20,654 nt of DNA, from NCBI GenBank assembly GCA_046595695.1, contig JBKJOI010000221.1, positions 1-20,654 on the forward strand. Direction: 5' to 3'. Of the stretch, positions 1-10,240 are shown piece after piece. How positions within the stretch are numbered: the first letter of the stretch is position 1; each line of letters begins with the position of its first letter. This DNA is from Haliangiales bacterium (GTDB lineage: Bacteria; Myxococcota_A; Polyangia; Haliangiales; SHYZ01). The position numbers were made by a program, and so were the translations under genes. A model generated the notes under the pieces. It saw nothing but the letters and a program-made list of their open reading frames with translations, was not told the DNA's origin and did no database searches.

Positions 1-115
1 CCCCACGAGGGTCGACGACGTGTGAATCGACGACGTCCAATGCTCGAGCCCGTCTTCTTGCCGACGAAGTCGACGTGCCAGAAGCAACCCGGCGATCAAG
101 CTCCGCGCGCGATGA

Positions 116-787
116 CCTTTCGACGGCTACCTGCACCTGGCGCCCGAGGCCGAGATCGCCGCGTTCGTCGCGGCGGCGCACGCGCCTCCGACGATCAGCC
201 CGCACTACCAGCCCGGCGAGGTCGACGCCTTCGTGGACAAGATCATCGCGTTCACTCTGGAGCACGACATGGACGGCATCGACGTGGACGTCGAGGCGCC
301 GAACCGGATGGGGCCGGCCTACGACACGTTCATCGCGAAGCTCGAGGCCAAGGCCAATCCGCTCGGGCTCCCGGTCACCGCGGCGGTCGCGCCCTGGGTG
401 CAGTCGGGCATGTCCGATGAGACGCTGCGCTCCTTCGACTTCATCACGGTGATGTCGTACGACAACGCCGGGACCTGGACCGGCGCGGGTGAGCACAAGA
501 TCGTGCTCGGCGTGCCCTTCTACGGCTACTGCTGGGGCAACTGCGGCGGCGGCCAGAGCAGCTTGTACATCCTCTACAAGGACCTCCTGGCCCGCTTCCC
601 CGAGGCCTGGAACACCGACTGGATCGACGTGGGCGGCGCGAAGTACTCCTACAACGGCGTCGCCACGATGCAGGCGAAGACCGAGCTCGCCGCGCAGTAC
701 GGCGGCATCATGATCTGGGAGCTCGGCGGCGACGTCGACACCGGCAACGTCCGTTCGTTGCTGGTGGCCATCCAGGACACGCTCTGA
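116..787 (+). CDS. Glycoside hydrolase family 18 (chitinase / Endo-H-like) domain protein, C-terminal ~2/3 of the barrel only. N-terminal part not found in any frame, so likely 5'-disrupted or a pseudogene.
   Basis: Frame-2 translation carries three GH18 signatures in the correct order: DMDGIDVDVE (DxxDxDxE catalytic motif), MSYD, and GGIMIWELGGD. The track ORF 233..787 uses a GTG start. The same frame is open back to 116 but is closed by in-frame TGA at 113-115 and 23-25. None of the three upstream frames resembles the expected SxGGW/beta1-3 region. The stop TGA at 785-787 lies 12 nt from the convergent stop of the metzincin gene. Confidence 0.5.
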   Translation, partial: PFDGYLHLAPEAEIAAFVAAAHAPPTISPHYQPGEVDAFVDKIIAFTLEHDMDGIDVDVEAPNRMGPAYDTFIAKLEAKANPLGLPVTAAVAPWVQSGMSDETLRSFDFITVMSYDNAGTWTGAGEHKIVLGVPFYGYCWGNCGGGQSSLYILYKDLLARFPEAWNTDWIDVGGAKYSYNGVATMQAKTELAAQYGGIMIWELGGDVDTGNVRSLLVAIQDTL

Positions 788-799
788 GACGGCGCGGCG

Positions 800-2380
<1,581 letters not shown>

Positions 2381-2674
2381 GACCGCCCTCCTGTGCATTC
2401 GAGGGGCCATGCGGCAGACGACGCAATGACGTGGGGTTGCATGGCCCCAGCCTGGGGGAATTGTCTCCGGTTTCCGCAGAGTGAGAATCCGGCGCAGCGG
2501 TGCGCGGCCCCAGGGGCCTGACCCCAGTTCGCTTCGTGTGACATCGCCAGTCGCTTGCGTCGCATCGGCGACTGTTGCTAGGGTGCGCAAATTCTTGGTC
2601 CGGACCGTGGCGCGGGAGCGGGTGCTCCCGAGGTTGTCGTGTCAGGCGGTGGCCCATGCAGTGTCAGGTGACCC
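2381..2674. promoter_or_regulatory. Divergent intergenic/promoter region between the metzincin lipoprotein gene (-) and susC-like gene (+). Contains a direct repeat GTGTCAGG (2639-2646 and 2661-2668) and an inverted repeat CAGTCGC-N13-GCGACTG (~2545-2571).
   Basis: 294 bp non-coding with no protein-like ORF. Repeats read directly. No -35/-10 assignment is possible with confidence at this GC content. Confidence 0.35.
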
Positions 2675-5600
2675 ATGTGGAAGACGAGAATCTTTGCCGC
2701 ATTCTTGCTGGTAGCCCCGACGATGGTCGGGGTCGCCCGCGCCCAGCAACCCGCTCCCGTTCCGGAGCAGCCACCACCGACACGAATCGTCACGGGTCTG
2801 GTCGAGGACTCGAGTAGTCGCGCGCCCCTCGCGGGCGCCGTGATCAAGCTCAAGGGCACCACGATCGAGACGACCACCGACCAGGATGGGTTCTTCGTTC
2901 TGAGCGGTCTGCCCACGGGCGATCTGATCTTCGAGGTGGCCGCGGCGGATCATGACCCGACCGACGTCGTGATGGCCTTCGGCCACGGCTCGCTGCGCGT
3001 GGCGCTCGTCGCCACCGGCGGCGCGGTCGCGCCGCCCACCCCGTCGCCGCCGCCCGCCGCCGCCACGCGTCGCGTGTCGGGCATCGTCACCCAGAAGGGC
3101 AGTGGCGATCCGGTGATCGGCGCGATGGTGCAGGTCAAGGGCACCACGTTCGGCGCGCTGACCGAGGCCGATGGCACCTTCGTCATCGACGGGCTGCCGA
3201 TCGAGGACCTCGTGCTCGAGGTCAGCGAGGTCGAGCACGACACGCGCATCATCAAGGTCGGCGCGGCCCAGAACGAGGTCGACGTCGTCCTCTCCATGGT
3301 CGTCGGCGAGGTCATCGTCATCGAGCAGCGCGCCCCGCGCATCACCCGGCAGAACATCGCCAACGGCGCCTCGGTCGTGCGCGGCGACGAGCTGTCGCGC
3401 GTCTCCTCCGACACCGTCGACGACGCCATGCAGGGCAAGGTCGCCGGCGCCAACATCCAGGCCAACTCCGGCGCGCCCGGCGGCGGCGTGCAGGTGCGCC
3501 TGCGCGGCGTCTCGACCATCAACGGTCAGTCCTCGCCGCTCTACGTCGTCGACGGCGTGGTCATCAGCAACGTGGCCATCCCGTCCGGCATCTCGGCGGT
3601 CACCGGGTCCTCGGCCGGCTCGAACGCGTCGAGCACGCAGGACAATCAGGTCAACCGCATCGCCGATATCGACGTCAACGACATCGAGACCATCGAGATC
3701 CTGAAGGGCGCCTCGGCGGCTGCCCTCTACGGCTCGAAGGCCGCGAACGGCGTCGTCATCATCACGACCAAGCGCGGCCGCGGTAACAAGTTCCGCGCCA
3801 GCGTGACGCAGCGCTTCGGCTTCGCGCAGCGCTCGAACCGGCTCGGCGCGCGCAAGTTCAACACCGTCGACGAGGCGGTCGAGGCCTTCGGCCCGGGCGC
3901 CGCCGATCACTTCGTGCCCGGGCGCGTCTTCGACCACGAGGCGGAGCTGACCGGGGAGACGAACTTCGGCTCCGAGACGGCCGCGACCATCTCGGGCGGC
4001 GGGAACTCGTCCAACTACATTGCCTCGCTGCTCATCAAGGACGAGCCCGGGATCATCATCGGCACCGGCTACGAGAAGCAGTCGTTCCGGCTCGGCGTCG
4101 CGCGCGACTTCGGCAACCGCTTCAAGCTGACCCTGTCGGGCAACTTCATCCACGCCGACACGGCGCGTGGCATGACCAACAACGACAACGCCGGTGTCTC
4201 GCACTACATGGTCTTCCCGTTCACGCCCAGCTTCCTCGACCTGCGCCCCAACGCCGACGGCACCTACCCGTCGAATCCCTTCGTCGGCGCCGGCACCAAC
4301 CCGCTGCAGACCGTCGCGCTCATGAGCGACAGCGAGGAGGTCTGGCGCTTCCTCGGCTCCGCCGCCGGCAGCCTGCGCATCTTCACCAGCGAGAACCACG
4401 ACGTGAACCTGGTCTCGAACCTGGGCATCGACCGCTTCCAGCAGCACAACAGCCTGCTCTTCCCGCCCGAGCTCTTCTTCGAGCCGGCCGACGGGTTGCC
4501 CGGGACCTCGCTGTCCGCGAACGGCGACAGCTTGAACGTGAACGCCGGGACCAGCGTCTTCTACGCGTTCACGCCCACGTCCAAGAAGTGGCGCAGCGCC
4601 AGCGCCCTCGGCTTCCTGTACGAGTCGCGTGATCTCGACACCGTCTACGTGACCAGCCGCAGCCTGAACGCCGGGCAGTCGAACCTCGACGCCGGCAGCA
4701 ACATCGACGTCTCCCAGCTCCGCCAGCGCGTCCAGGATCGCGGCGCCTTCCTCCAGGAAGAGGTGCTGCTGCTCGACGAGAGCCTGTCGGTCCTCGTCGC
4801 CATCCTCGCCGAGCAGTCGAGCGTCAACGGCGATCCGTCGAAGCTCTACTTCTACCCGAAGGTCGCCTCCACCTACCGGATCCCGGGGCTCGAGGCGAAC
4901 TTCGACCTGCTGCGCGTGCGCTTCGCCTACGGCGAGGCGGGCAACCAGCCGCTCTACGGTCAGAAGTTCACCCCGCTCGTGGCCACCGACAACATCGAGG
5001 GCAACGCCGGCATCCGCAACGGCGGCGTCGCCGGCGATCCGAACATCGAGCCCGAGCGGCAGCGTGAGTTCGAGGCCGGCGTCGACGCCGTCGCCTGGGA
5101 GGGCCGCGTCGTCGTCGAGCTCACCGGCTACCAGCGCAACGTGACCAACCTGCTGCTGCAGCGGACCCTGGCGCCGTCGACCGGGTTCACGACCCAGTTC
5201 TTCAACGGTGGCGAGCTGCGCAACCGTGGCATCGAGCTCATGCTCCAGGTCGAGCCGGTCAAGACCAGCAACTTCCTGTGGACCTCGCGCGCGGTCTTCT
5301 CGCTGAACCGCAGCCGGATCGTCGATCTGCCCGTGCCCGCCTTCCTGACCGGCGGCTTCGGCACCGGCCTGGGCGCCTTCCGCATCGAGGAGGGCGCGTC
5401 GGCCACGCAGATCGTCGGTAACGACGGGCTCAAGGCCGACGGCACCTGCTGCGAGGTGCGCGTGGTCGGCGACACCGAGCCGACCTTCCGCGTCTCGTTC
5501 GTGAACAACTTCACCATCGGCGACTTCGGCGTGACGTCACTGTGGGACTGGCAGCAGGGCTCGGAGGTCATCAACCTCACGCGCTTCCTGTACGACCTCG

Positions 5601-5932
5601 GGCAGAACACCCCCGACTTCGCGACCGCGGGCGCGCAGCGCCTGATGGACCAGGAGACCTCCGCGGGCGTCTACGTCGAGGACGCGACCTTCTTCAAGCT
5701 CCGCGAGGTCTCGGTCTCCTACGCGCTCCCCGAGAGCTTCATCAGCGAGCTCGGCCCGCTGACCGGCGGCACCATCAGCCTGAGCGGCCGAAATCTACTG
5801 ACCATCAGCAACTACTCCGGGCTCGACCCCGAGGTCTCCAACTTCGGCAACCAGCCCATCGCGCGCAACATCGACGTGGCGCCCTATCCGCCCAGCCGGA
5901 GCTTCTGGCTCTCGCTGACGGCGGCCTTCTAG
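2675..5932 (+). CDS. SusC/RagA-family TonB-dependent outer-membrane transporter (TonB-linked outer membrane protein).
   Basis: 1085 aa. Signal peptide MWKTRIFAAFLLVAPTMVGVARA. Two tandem CarboxypepD_reg-like beta-sandwich modules (VTGLVEDSSSRAPLAGAVIKLKGTTIETTTDQDGFFVLSGLP and VSGIVTQKGSGDPVIGAMVQVKGTTFGALTEADGTFVIDGLP). A plug with SusC-type signature NIQANSGAPGGGVQVRLRGVSTINGQSSPLYVVDGV...DIETIEILKGASAAALYGSKAANGVVIITTKRG. A long barrel ending in the aromatic C-terminus ...LSLTAAF. The stop TAG at 5930-5932 overlaps the RBS of the next gene. Confidence 0.9.
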   Translation: MWKTRIFAAFLLVAPTMVGVARAQQPAPVPEQPPPTRIVTGLVEDSSSRAPLAGAVIKLKGTTIETTTDQDGFFVLSGLPTGDLIFEVAAADHDPTDVVMAFGHGSLRVALVATGGAVAPPTPSPPPAAATRRVSGIVTQKGSGDPVIGAMVQVKGTTFGALTEADGTFVIDGLPIEDLVLEVSEVEHDTRIIKVGAAQNEVDVVLSMVVGEVIVIEQRAPRITRQNIANGASVVRGDELSRVSSDTVDDAMQGKVAGANIQANSGAPGGGVQVRLRGVSTINGQSSPLYVVDGVVISNVAIPSGISAVTGSSAGSNASSTQDNQVNRIADIDVNDIETIEILKGASAAALYGSKAANGVVIITTKRGRGNKFRASVTQRFGFAQRSNRLGARKFNTVDEAVEAFGPGAADHFVPGRVFDHEAELTGETNFGSETAATISGGGNSSNYIASLLIKDEPGIIIGTGYEKQSFRLGVARDFGNRFKLTLSGNFIHADTARGMTNNDNAGVSHYMVFPFTPSFLDLRPNADGTYPSNPFVGAGTNPLQTVALMSDSEEVWRFLGSAAGSLRIFTSENHDVNLVSNLGIDRFQQHNSLLFPPELFFEPADGLPGTSLSANGDSLNVNAGTSVFYAFTPTSKKWRSASALGFLYESRDLDTVYVTSRSLNAGQSNLDAGSNIDVSQLRQRVQDRGAFLQEEVLLLDESLSVLVAILAEQSSVNGDPSKLYFYPKVASTYRIPGLEANFDLLRVRFAYGEAGNQPLYGQKFTPLVATDNIEGNAGIRNGGVAGDPNIEPERQREFEAGVDAVAWEGRVVVELTGYQRNVTNLLLQRTLAPSTGFTTQFFNGGELRNRGIELMLQVEPVKTSNFLWTSRAVFSLNRSRIVDLPVPAFLTGGFGTGLGAFRIEEGASATQIVGNDGLKADGTCCEVRVVGDTEPTFRVSFVNNFTIGDFGVTSLWDWQQGSEVINLTRFLYDLGQNTPDFATAGAQRLMDQETSAGVYVEDATFFKLREVSVSYALPESFISELGPLTGGTISLSGRNLLTISNYSGLDPEVSNFGNQPIARNIDVAPYPPSRSFWLSLTAAF

Positions 5933-5944
5933 GAGATGACGACC

Positions 5945-7279
5945 ATGATGAAGATCATGCTCAGGACCTTCGCGACGCTCGCGCTCGTGGCCTCGACCGC
6001 GGCCTGCGACCTCGACGTGCCGGATCTCAACAACCCTGGCCTCGACGACCTGTCGGAGAACCCGACCCGCTCGAAGGTGCTGGCGGCGGCCACCGGGCTG
6101 CTCATCGGCAACCGCATCGGCTACTCGGCGGCCAACGGCTACGTCTCGCACCTCGGTATCATCGGCCGCGAGTCGTACAACTTCGACGCGGCCGACCCGC
6201 GCTACATCACCGAGCTGCTCGCCTCCGCTCAGCTCGACCCGGGCAGTGGCGCCTTCGGCGGGAACTTCTGGAACGCGCCGTACGCCAACATCCGCAGCGG
6301 CCACACGCTGCTGCACGCGCTCGACGTGGTGCTCGGGATGACCGACGCCGAGAAGGAGGCCACGCGCGGGTTCGCCAAGACGATCCAGGCGCTCGACTTC
6401 CTGATCGTCCTCAACACCCGTGACGTGAACGGCGCTCCCATCGACGTCGATCGCCCGATCGAGGAGCTGGCGCCGATCGCCACCAAGGCCGAGGTGCAGG
6501 CGCACATCCTCCTCTTGCTCGACGAGGCCAAGGCTCACCTCGCGGCGGGCGGCGACGTCTTCCCCTTCAAGCTGTCGAGCGGGTTCGCCGGCTTCGACAC
6601 GCCGGCCACGTTCCTGAAGTTCAACCGCGCGATCAAGGCGCGGGTCGACATCTACGCCGGGAACTTCGACGCCGCTCTGGTCGATCTGACCGAGTCGTTC
6701 ATCTCCTCGGATCCGCTCGACCCCAAGCTGAACGTCGGCGTCTACTACTCCTACGGCACCGGCTCGGGCGACGTGCGCAACGGCCTCATCGATCCCAACC
6801 TCTTCGCGCACCCGTCGATCGTCACCGACGCGGATCTCAAGGTCAACGGCGACATCGACGATCGCGTCACCCGCAAGATCGTCACCGTCGAGTCGCGCAC
6901 CGTCCAGGGGCTGACCTCGGACAAGGGCTTCACGATGTACCAGGAGACCAGCGCGCCCACGCCGCTCATCCGCAACGAGGAGCTGATCCTGCTGCGCGCC
7001 GAGGCGAACATCGGGCTCGGCAACCTTGCCGTGGCGGCCGACGACATCAACTTCGTGCGCGTGAGCTCGGGCGGCCTCGCGCCGCGCCTCGACCTCGTCG
7101 CGGGCAACATCCTCGCGGAGCTGCTCAAGCAGAAGCGATACTCGCTCCTCTTCGAGGGCGGTCATCGCTGGATCGATCTACGGCGCTACGACCTGCTCGA
7201 CACCCTGCCGATCGACGTGGCGGGGCATGTCGTGCACCGGGCCTTCCCGCTGCCGATCTCCGAGACCGATCCCCGCTAA
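5945..7279 (+). CDS. SusD/RagB-family outer-membrane lipoprotein (nutrient-binding partner of SusC).
   Basis: Track ORF starts at 5936, but AGGAG sits at 5931-5935. ATG 5945 (MMKIMLRT..) therefore has the better 9-nt spacing. Lipoprotein signal MKIMLRTFATLALVASTAAC (lipobox TAAC). C-terminal SusD hallmarks: NEELILLRAEANIGLGN and KQKRYSLLFEGGHRWIDLRRYD (the RxxxxxEGxRWxDLxR motif). Coupled 3-13 nt downstream of susC-like. Confidence 0.85.
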   Translation: MMKIMLRTFATLALVASTAACDLDVPDLNNPGLDDLSENPTRSKVLAAATGLLIGNRIGYSAANGYVSHLGIIGRESYNFDAADPRYITELLASAQLDPGSGAFGGNFWNAPYANIRSGHTLLHALDVVLGMTDAEKEATRGFAKTIQALDFLIVLNTRDVNGAPIDVDRPIEELAPIATKAEVQAHILLLLDEAKAHLAAGGDVFPFKLSSGFAGFDTPATFLKFNRAIKARVDIYAGNFDAALVDLTESFISSDPLDPKLNVGVYYSYGTGSGDVRNGLIDPNLFAHPSIVTDADLKVNGDIDDRVTRKIVTVESRTVQGLTSDKGFTMYQETSAPTPLIRNEELILLRAEANIGLGNLAVAADDINFVRVSSGGLAPRLDLVAGNILAELLKQKRYSLLFEGGHRWIDLRRYDLLDTLPIDVAGHVVHRAFPLPISETDPR

Positions 7280-7297
7280 AGGCGGCGAAGCCGAAAC

Positions 7298-7367
7298 TCT
7301 CGCGACCGTCTACTGCCGGCCCGGCAGTGCCCCTCGCGACCGCCTACTGCCGGCCCCGCAGTACGCG
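7298..7367. repeat. Two tandem ~34-bp direct repeats (CTCGCGACCG[T/C]CTACTGCCGGCCC[G/C]GCAGT[G/A]C). Each contains an inverted repeat CTGCCGG-c-CCGGCAG.
   Basis: Read directly at 7300-7367, 20 nt after the susD-like stop (TAA 7277-7279). Could act as a GC-rich terminator pair or a protein-binding palindrome. No U-tract follows. Confidence 0.6.
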
Positions 7368-7658
7368 CCGGTTCCGTTCACCGAGCGCACTGCGTCGCGC
7401 CCCGCGCCACCGTCATGGTGCGTGCCCCATGCGGACCATCAGCCTCTGCCTCTGCTCCCCCGTACCCAAGCCAGGACCCGGGACGCGGCCCCGGAGCGCA
7501 TCGGAGGCACCACCCGCCCCGCCCCCTCAACAGCCAGCTGCAGGCGCGCAACGAAGCCAACCACCGGCGCTCAACCATGCGCCGACCGTCGCCAGAGCGC
7601 CGACCCGCTCCACGTCCCGCCAACGATCCGTCGGCGACCGCACGACCGGCCGGTCCGA

Positions 7659-7997
7659 CTAGCCCTCGAGCTTCTCGATGATGAGCTCGATGAACTCCTT
7701 CGAGCCGAGCTCGCGGTACGAGTGGCTCTCCTCGAACCACTGCACCACCACGTCTGCCTGACCTTCCTTCATCTTGCCCGGGACCGAGCCGCGGTTGCTG
7801 ATCTCGACCAGCCGGCCGATCACCGCATCCGAATTTGGATGGTCGGCGTAGCGCTTCCGCAGCCAGGTGAAGATCAGGTAGACGAGCGCGGGGTCCGCGT
7901 CATCGACCAGCGCGAACGAATCAGCGGCGCTCATGGTGCCCTCCTCGATGCCTTCGAGGATGCGGAGTGCGGCGCGCTGCTCTTGCTCTAGTGCCAT
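7659..7997 (-). CDS. Hypothetical small cytoplasmic protein (91-112 aa), no family recognised.
   Basis: Clean ORF with protein-like composition (MALEQEQRAALRILEGIEEGTMSAADSFALVDDADPALVYLIFTWLRKRYADHPNSDAVIGRLVEISNRGSVPGKMKEGQADVVVQWFEESHSYRELGSKEFIELIIEKLEG). The internal ATG at ~7934 (M22) is preceded by GAGGAGGG 5 nt upstream, so the true start may be 7934. Confidence 0.55.
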   Translation of the reverse strand: MALEQEQRAALRILEGIEEGTMSAADSFALVDDADPALVYLIFTWLRKRYADHPNSDAVIGRLVEISNRGSVPGKMKEGQADVVVQWFEESHSYRELGSKEFIELIIEKLEG

Positions 7998-8058
7998 GGG
8001 CGCAATCTAGCACTGACGCCGCCACGAACGGACAACTGCTCGGAGAATCAGCGACGAA

Positions 8059-8181
8059 TCATGTCCCCTGGCCGTGCTCCCAGAAGAACACCCCGTGGCC
8101 GGTGGGGTCCCTCACGATGAGCTCGGTCGTCCCGTAGAAGTGCGCGTGGGGGTAGGTCTCGAACGATGACCGGTGGAGCAC
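8059..8181 (-). pseudogene. C-terminal remnant (~38 codons) of a VOC/glyoxalase-bleomycin-resistance family gene.
   Basis: Minus-strand translation VLHRSSFETYPHAHFYGTTELIVRDPTGHGVFFWEHGQGT* ends in the typical VOC C-terminal beta-strand motif (..RDPdGhxxEf..E). Only 93 nt separate it from the stop of the upstream cytochrome gene, so the ~85 N-terminal residues of a VOC domain cannot be encoded. Confidence 0.35.
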
Positions 8182-8220
8182 GACGCTGGGGGGGAAGGCG
8201 AATCGAGGCGAGCGGAGAGA

Positions 8221-8259
8221 AGCATGCGGCGCGGCGGCAGCGCGAAGGCGGCCGCCGCG
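8221..8259 (-). terminator. Candidate GC-rich stem-loop terminator downstream of the di-heme cytochrome gene.
   Basis: Imperfect 13-bp inverted repeat GCGGCGCGGCGGC ... GCCGCCGCGCGGC (contains palindromes GGCGGCCGCC and CCGCGCGG). It begins ~15 nt past the stop (8274-8276) on the transcribed strand and is followed on that strand by AUGCUUCUCUCC (pyrimidine/U-enriched). Confidence 0.3.
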
Positions 8260-8273
8260 CGGCAGCGGCGCTG

Positions 8274-9971
8274 CTACAGGGTCTTCAGGTACTCGAGCAG
8301 GTCCTTCAGCTTGCCGGTCTCGTTCTTCCAGTCGACGTTGCCGTTGAACTGCGCCGAGTAGTGGCCGGTGTTCGAGCTGCCCGAGAGCCGGGTGTCGAAG
8401 ATCGCTGCGCTCGTGCCGGCGGCGCGATCCCACGTGAAGCCGACCTGCTTCTGATCGAAGGTCAGGTTGCCACGGTAGAACGTGACCGGGCGGATACCGG
8501 TGAGCAGCGCGTGCAGCGTCGGGACCGAGCCGTTGTGCAGGTAGGGCGCGCGCGCCCAGATGCCATCGAGCGGCACGGCGCCGTAGCCGTAGGTCGGGTT
8601 CACGATCTCCGAGTCGGGGAGCGGCAGGCCGTCGGCGCCGTTGCAGACGGTCGCATCGGGGCAGGTCAGGCGCAGCACCCTGGTGAGGGCGCCGATGGTG
8701 AAGGGCGTCCACAGGATGGCGCGGTTGGCATCGGTGCCGACGATCTCGGGCGCGAAGTGGTTGCTGTTGCCGGGCGCGTGGCACGAGGCGCAGTTGGCGT
8801 CGTAGAGCACCTTGCCGCGCGCGGCGGACTTGTTGTCGACGTCGAACGGGTAGGGCGTGGCGGGCAGGTTCGCCGTGAAGCGCGTGGTGCGCACCGCGTT
8901 GTCGAGGCTGACGGCGGCCGGGTTCTTGACCACGCCGAACTCGGCGGCGAGGTTACGGTGCAGCGGGCTGCCGATGCTGCCGTCCCACTGAGCGACCGGG
9001 CGATCGTTCTGGCGCCACACGCTCATGATGTCGATCTCGGCGGGCGCGGGGGGCAGGATGGCCGCCAGCTGCGCGGGCGTGAAGTTCGCGGGGTTCACGA
9101 TGATCGCGATGCCGGCGCCGATGGCGTCGAGGTAGCCGGGCTTGGGCGTCGACAGGCTGGGCGCGTTGGGCACGTTGTACGTGTACGCGCCGAGGGTGGC
9201 CGCGGTGCGCGCGGCGCCACCGTTCACGGCCGCCTTGAAGTTGCCCATCATCGTCTCGGCGACGCCAGGTGAGAGGAAGATGGCGCGTTCCATCTGCTCC
9301 TGGAAGGCCATCGTGGGATCATCGCCAAAGATGAAGTTCGCCGGCTTGGCCAGCAGGGCGGCGCGGAAGATGTCCGCGGTGTACTTCGGCGAGTTCACGG
9401 TGGCGAACACGGCGCCGCCGAACTGGCTGAAGGTGGTGTTCGGGCCACCGATGATCGGCAGCATGATGCCGCCCGGGCCGACGACGCGACCGCTGTGGCA
9501 GCCCGCGCAGGTCAGCTGCACGACCTGGACGTTGACCGGGCCCGCGGGCGTCTGGACCGCCGGCACCGAGCCGGTGAAGCCCACGCCGAGCGGCAGCACG
9601 CGGTTCGGCTCGAGGATGTCGCGCGACAGGCCGACCGGCGCGAAGTAGTCGGTGGGCGCGCCCCAGATCTCCGGCATGACCTCGGGGAACAGCCGGAACA
9701 TGACCATCGGGATGCCGGAGTTACCCAGCGCGCCGTTCTTGAAGGCCTTGAAGTCAGCCTCGTTCGCCTGGATGTAGTTGACCAGCGCCAGCGCGCGCCT
9801 GGCCCGTTCGGTGTTCCAGTCGGAGGTCGAGCTCGCGTTGGACTGGACCGTGCCCTCCTCCTCGGGCTCGTTGCCCACATCGCCGACGCCGCAGGCTGAC
9901 GTCCCGAGTGCGCAAGCCACGAGTACGCCGCGAAGAAGAGTTCCTAGTTCCAATCCGACATTTGCCTTCAT
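8274..9971 (-). CDS. Di-heme c-type cytochrome lipoprotein of the bacterial cytochrome-c-peroxidase/MauG/RoxA superfamily (565 aa). Larger than canonical CCP and possibly a RoxA-like oxygenase.
   Basis: Track ORF is 8274..10016. ATG at 9971 (MKANVGLELGTLLRGVLVAC..) is preceded by AAGGAG 7 nt upstream. Lipobox LVAC at Cys20. Two CxxCH haem motifs, CAGCH (aa 155-159) and CASCH (aa 394-398). C-terminal-domain APYLHNGSVPTL matches the conserved CCP/MauG PYFHDGS segment. The size and the CASCH position (~aa 394) recall rubber oxygenase RoxA (CSACH/CASCH), recalled from literature and not searched. Confidence 0.8.
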   Translation of the reverse strand: MKANVGLELGTLLRGVLVACALGTSACGVGDVGNEPEEEGTVQSNASSTSDWNTERARRALALVNYIQANEADFKAFKNGALGNSGIPMVMFRLFPEVMPEIWGAPTDYFAPVGLSRDILEPNRVLPLGVGFTGSVPAVQTPAGPVNVQVVQLTCAGCHSGRVVGPGGIMLPIIGGPNTTFSQFGGAVFATVNSPKYTADIFRAALLAKPANFIFGDDPTMAFQEQMERAIFLSPGVAETMMGNFKAAVNGGAARTAATLGAYTYNVPNAPSLSTPKPGYLDAIGAGIAIIVNPANFTPAQLAAILPPAPAEIDIMSVWRQNDRPVAQWDGSIGSPLHRNLAAEFGVVKNPAAVSLDNAVRTTRFTANLPATPYPFDVDNKSAARGKVLYDANCASCHAPGNSNHFAPEIVGTDANRAILWTPFTIGALTRVLRLTCPDATVCNGADGLPLPDSEIVNPTYGYGAVPLDGIWARAPYLHNGSVPTLHALLTGIRPVTFYRGNLTFDQKQVGFTWDRAAGTSAAIFDTRLSGSSNTGHYSAQFNGNVDWKNETGKLKDLLEYLKTL

Positions 9972-10019
9972 GTACGGCTCCTTACAGGGGGTAGTGCTTC
10001 TGCCCTGGAATTTCACCGT

Positions 10020-10240
10020 GCAGCTGGATGCAGACGATCGTCAATTTGTAAGCAATGTAAGCGAACTTGGCTTTCTAACTGTCAATGCTATGACATGGTA
10101 ACTGCTAGAGATTATGGCAGGGTGACAAGAATGCGTATTTCGACATACATTTAGAATTCGACATGGCCCCGTCGGCGCAAAGTAGGCGACTGGATGCAGC
10201 GCTCCTACTTTGCCGCAGGAAAGCTCATGTTTTCGCGTGG
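10020..10240. promoter_or_regulatory. Anomalously low-GC (~45%) upstream/promoter region of the di-heme cytochrome gene. Contains TTGACA-like hexamers on the minus strand and the short direct repeat TGTAAGC x2.
   Basis: Composition read directly (e.g. caatttgtaagcaatgtaagcgaacttggctttctaactgtcaatgctatgacatggtaactgctagagattatgg). Contrasts with ~70% GC elsewhere. Confidence 0.45.
10177..10213. promoter_or_regulatory. Perfect 10-bp inverted repeat GCAAAGTAGG-N17-CCTACTTTGC (candidate operator or RNA stem).
   Basis: Read directly at 10177-10186 and 10204-10213. ~210-240 bp upstream of the cytochrome start. Lies inside the Crp-like gene fragment. Confidence 0.5.

Noticed and set aside
22-452. 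Frame-1 and frame-3 ORFs 22..420 and 75..452
   Set aside because: Arg/Pro/Ser-rich junk overlapping the GH18 frame. Neither supplies the missing GH18 N-terminal motifs.
2675-2700. Alternative earlier starts for susC-like and a start at 5936 for susD-like
   Set aside because: 2675 is the first in-frame start after a stop. For susD the AGGAG directly abuts 5936 (0-nt spacing), so 5945 is favoured, though 5936 cannot be excluded.
2642-4447. 601-aa minus-strand ORF (and similar: 5795..7165 -, 8166..9272 +, 13987..15918 +, 15503..17215 -, 19420..20580 -, 11022..12035 -, 12115..12906 +)
   Set aside because: Arg/Gly/Asp/His-rich low-complexity translations lying antisense to well-supported genes. 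These are the classic open antisense frames of high-GC DNA, not coding.
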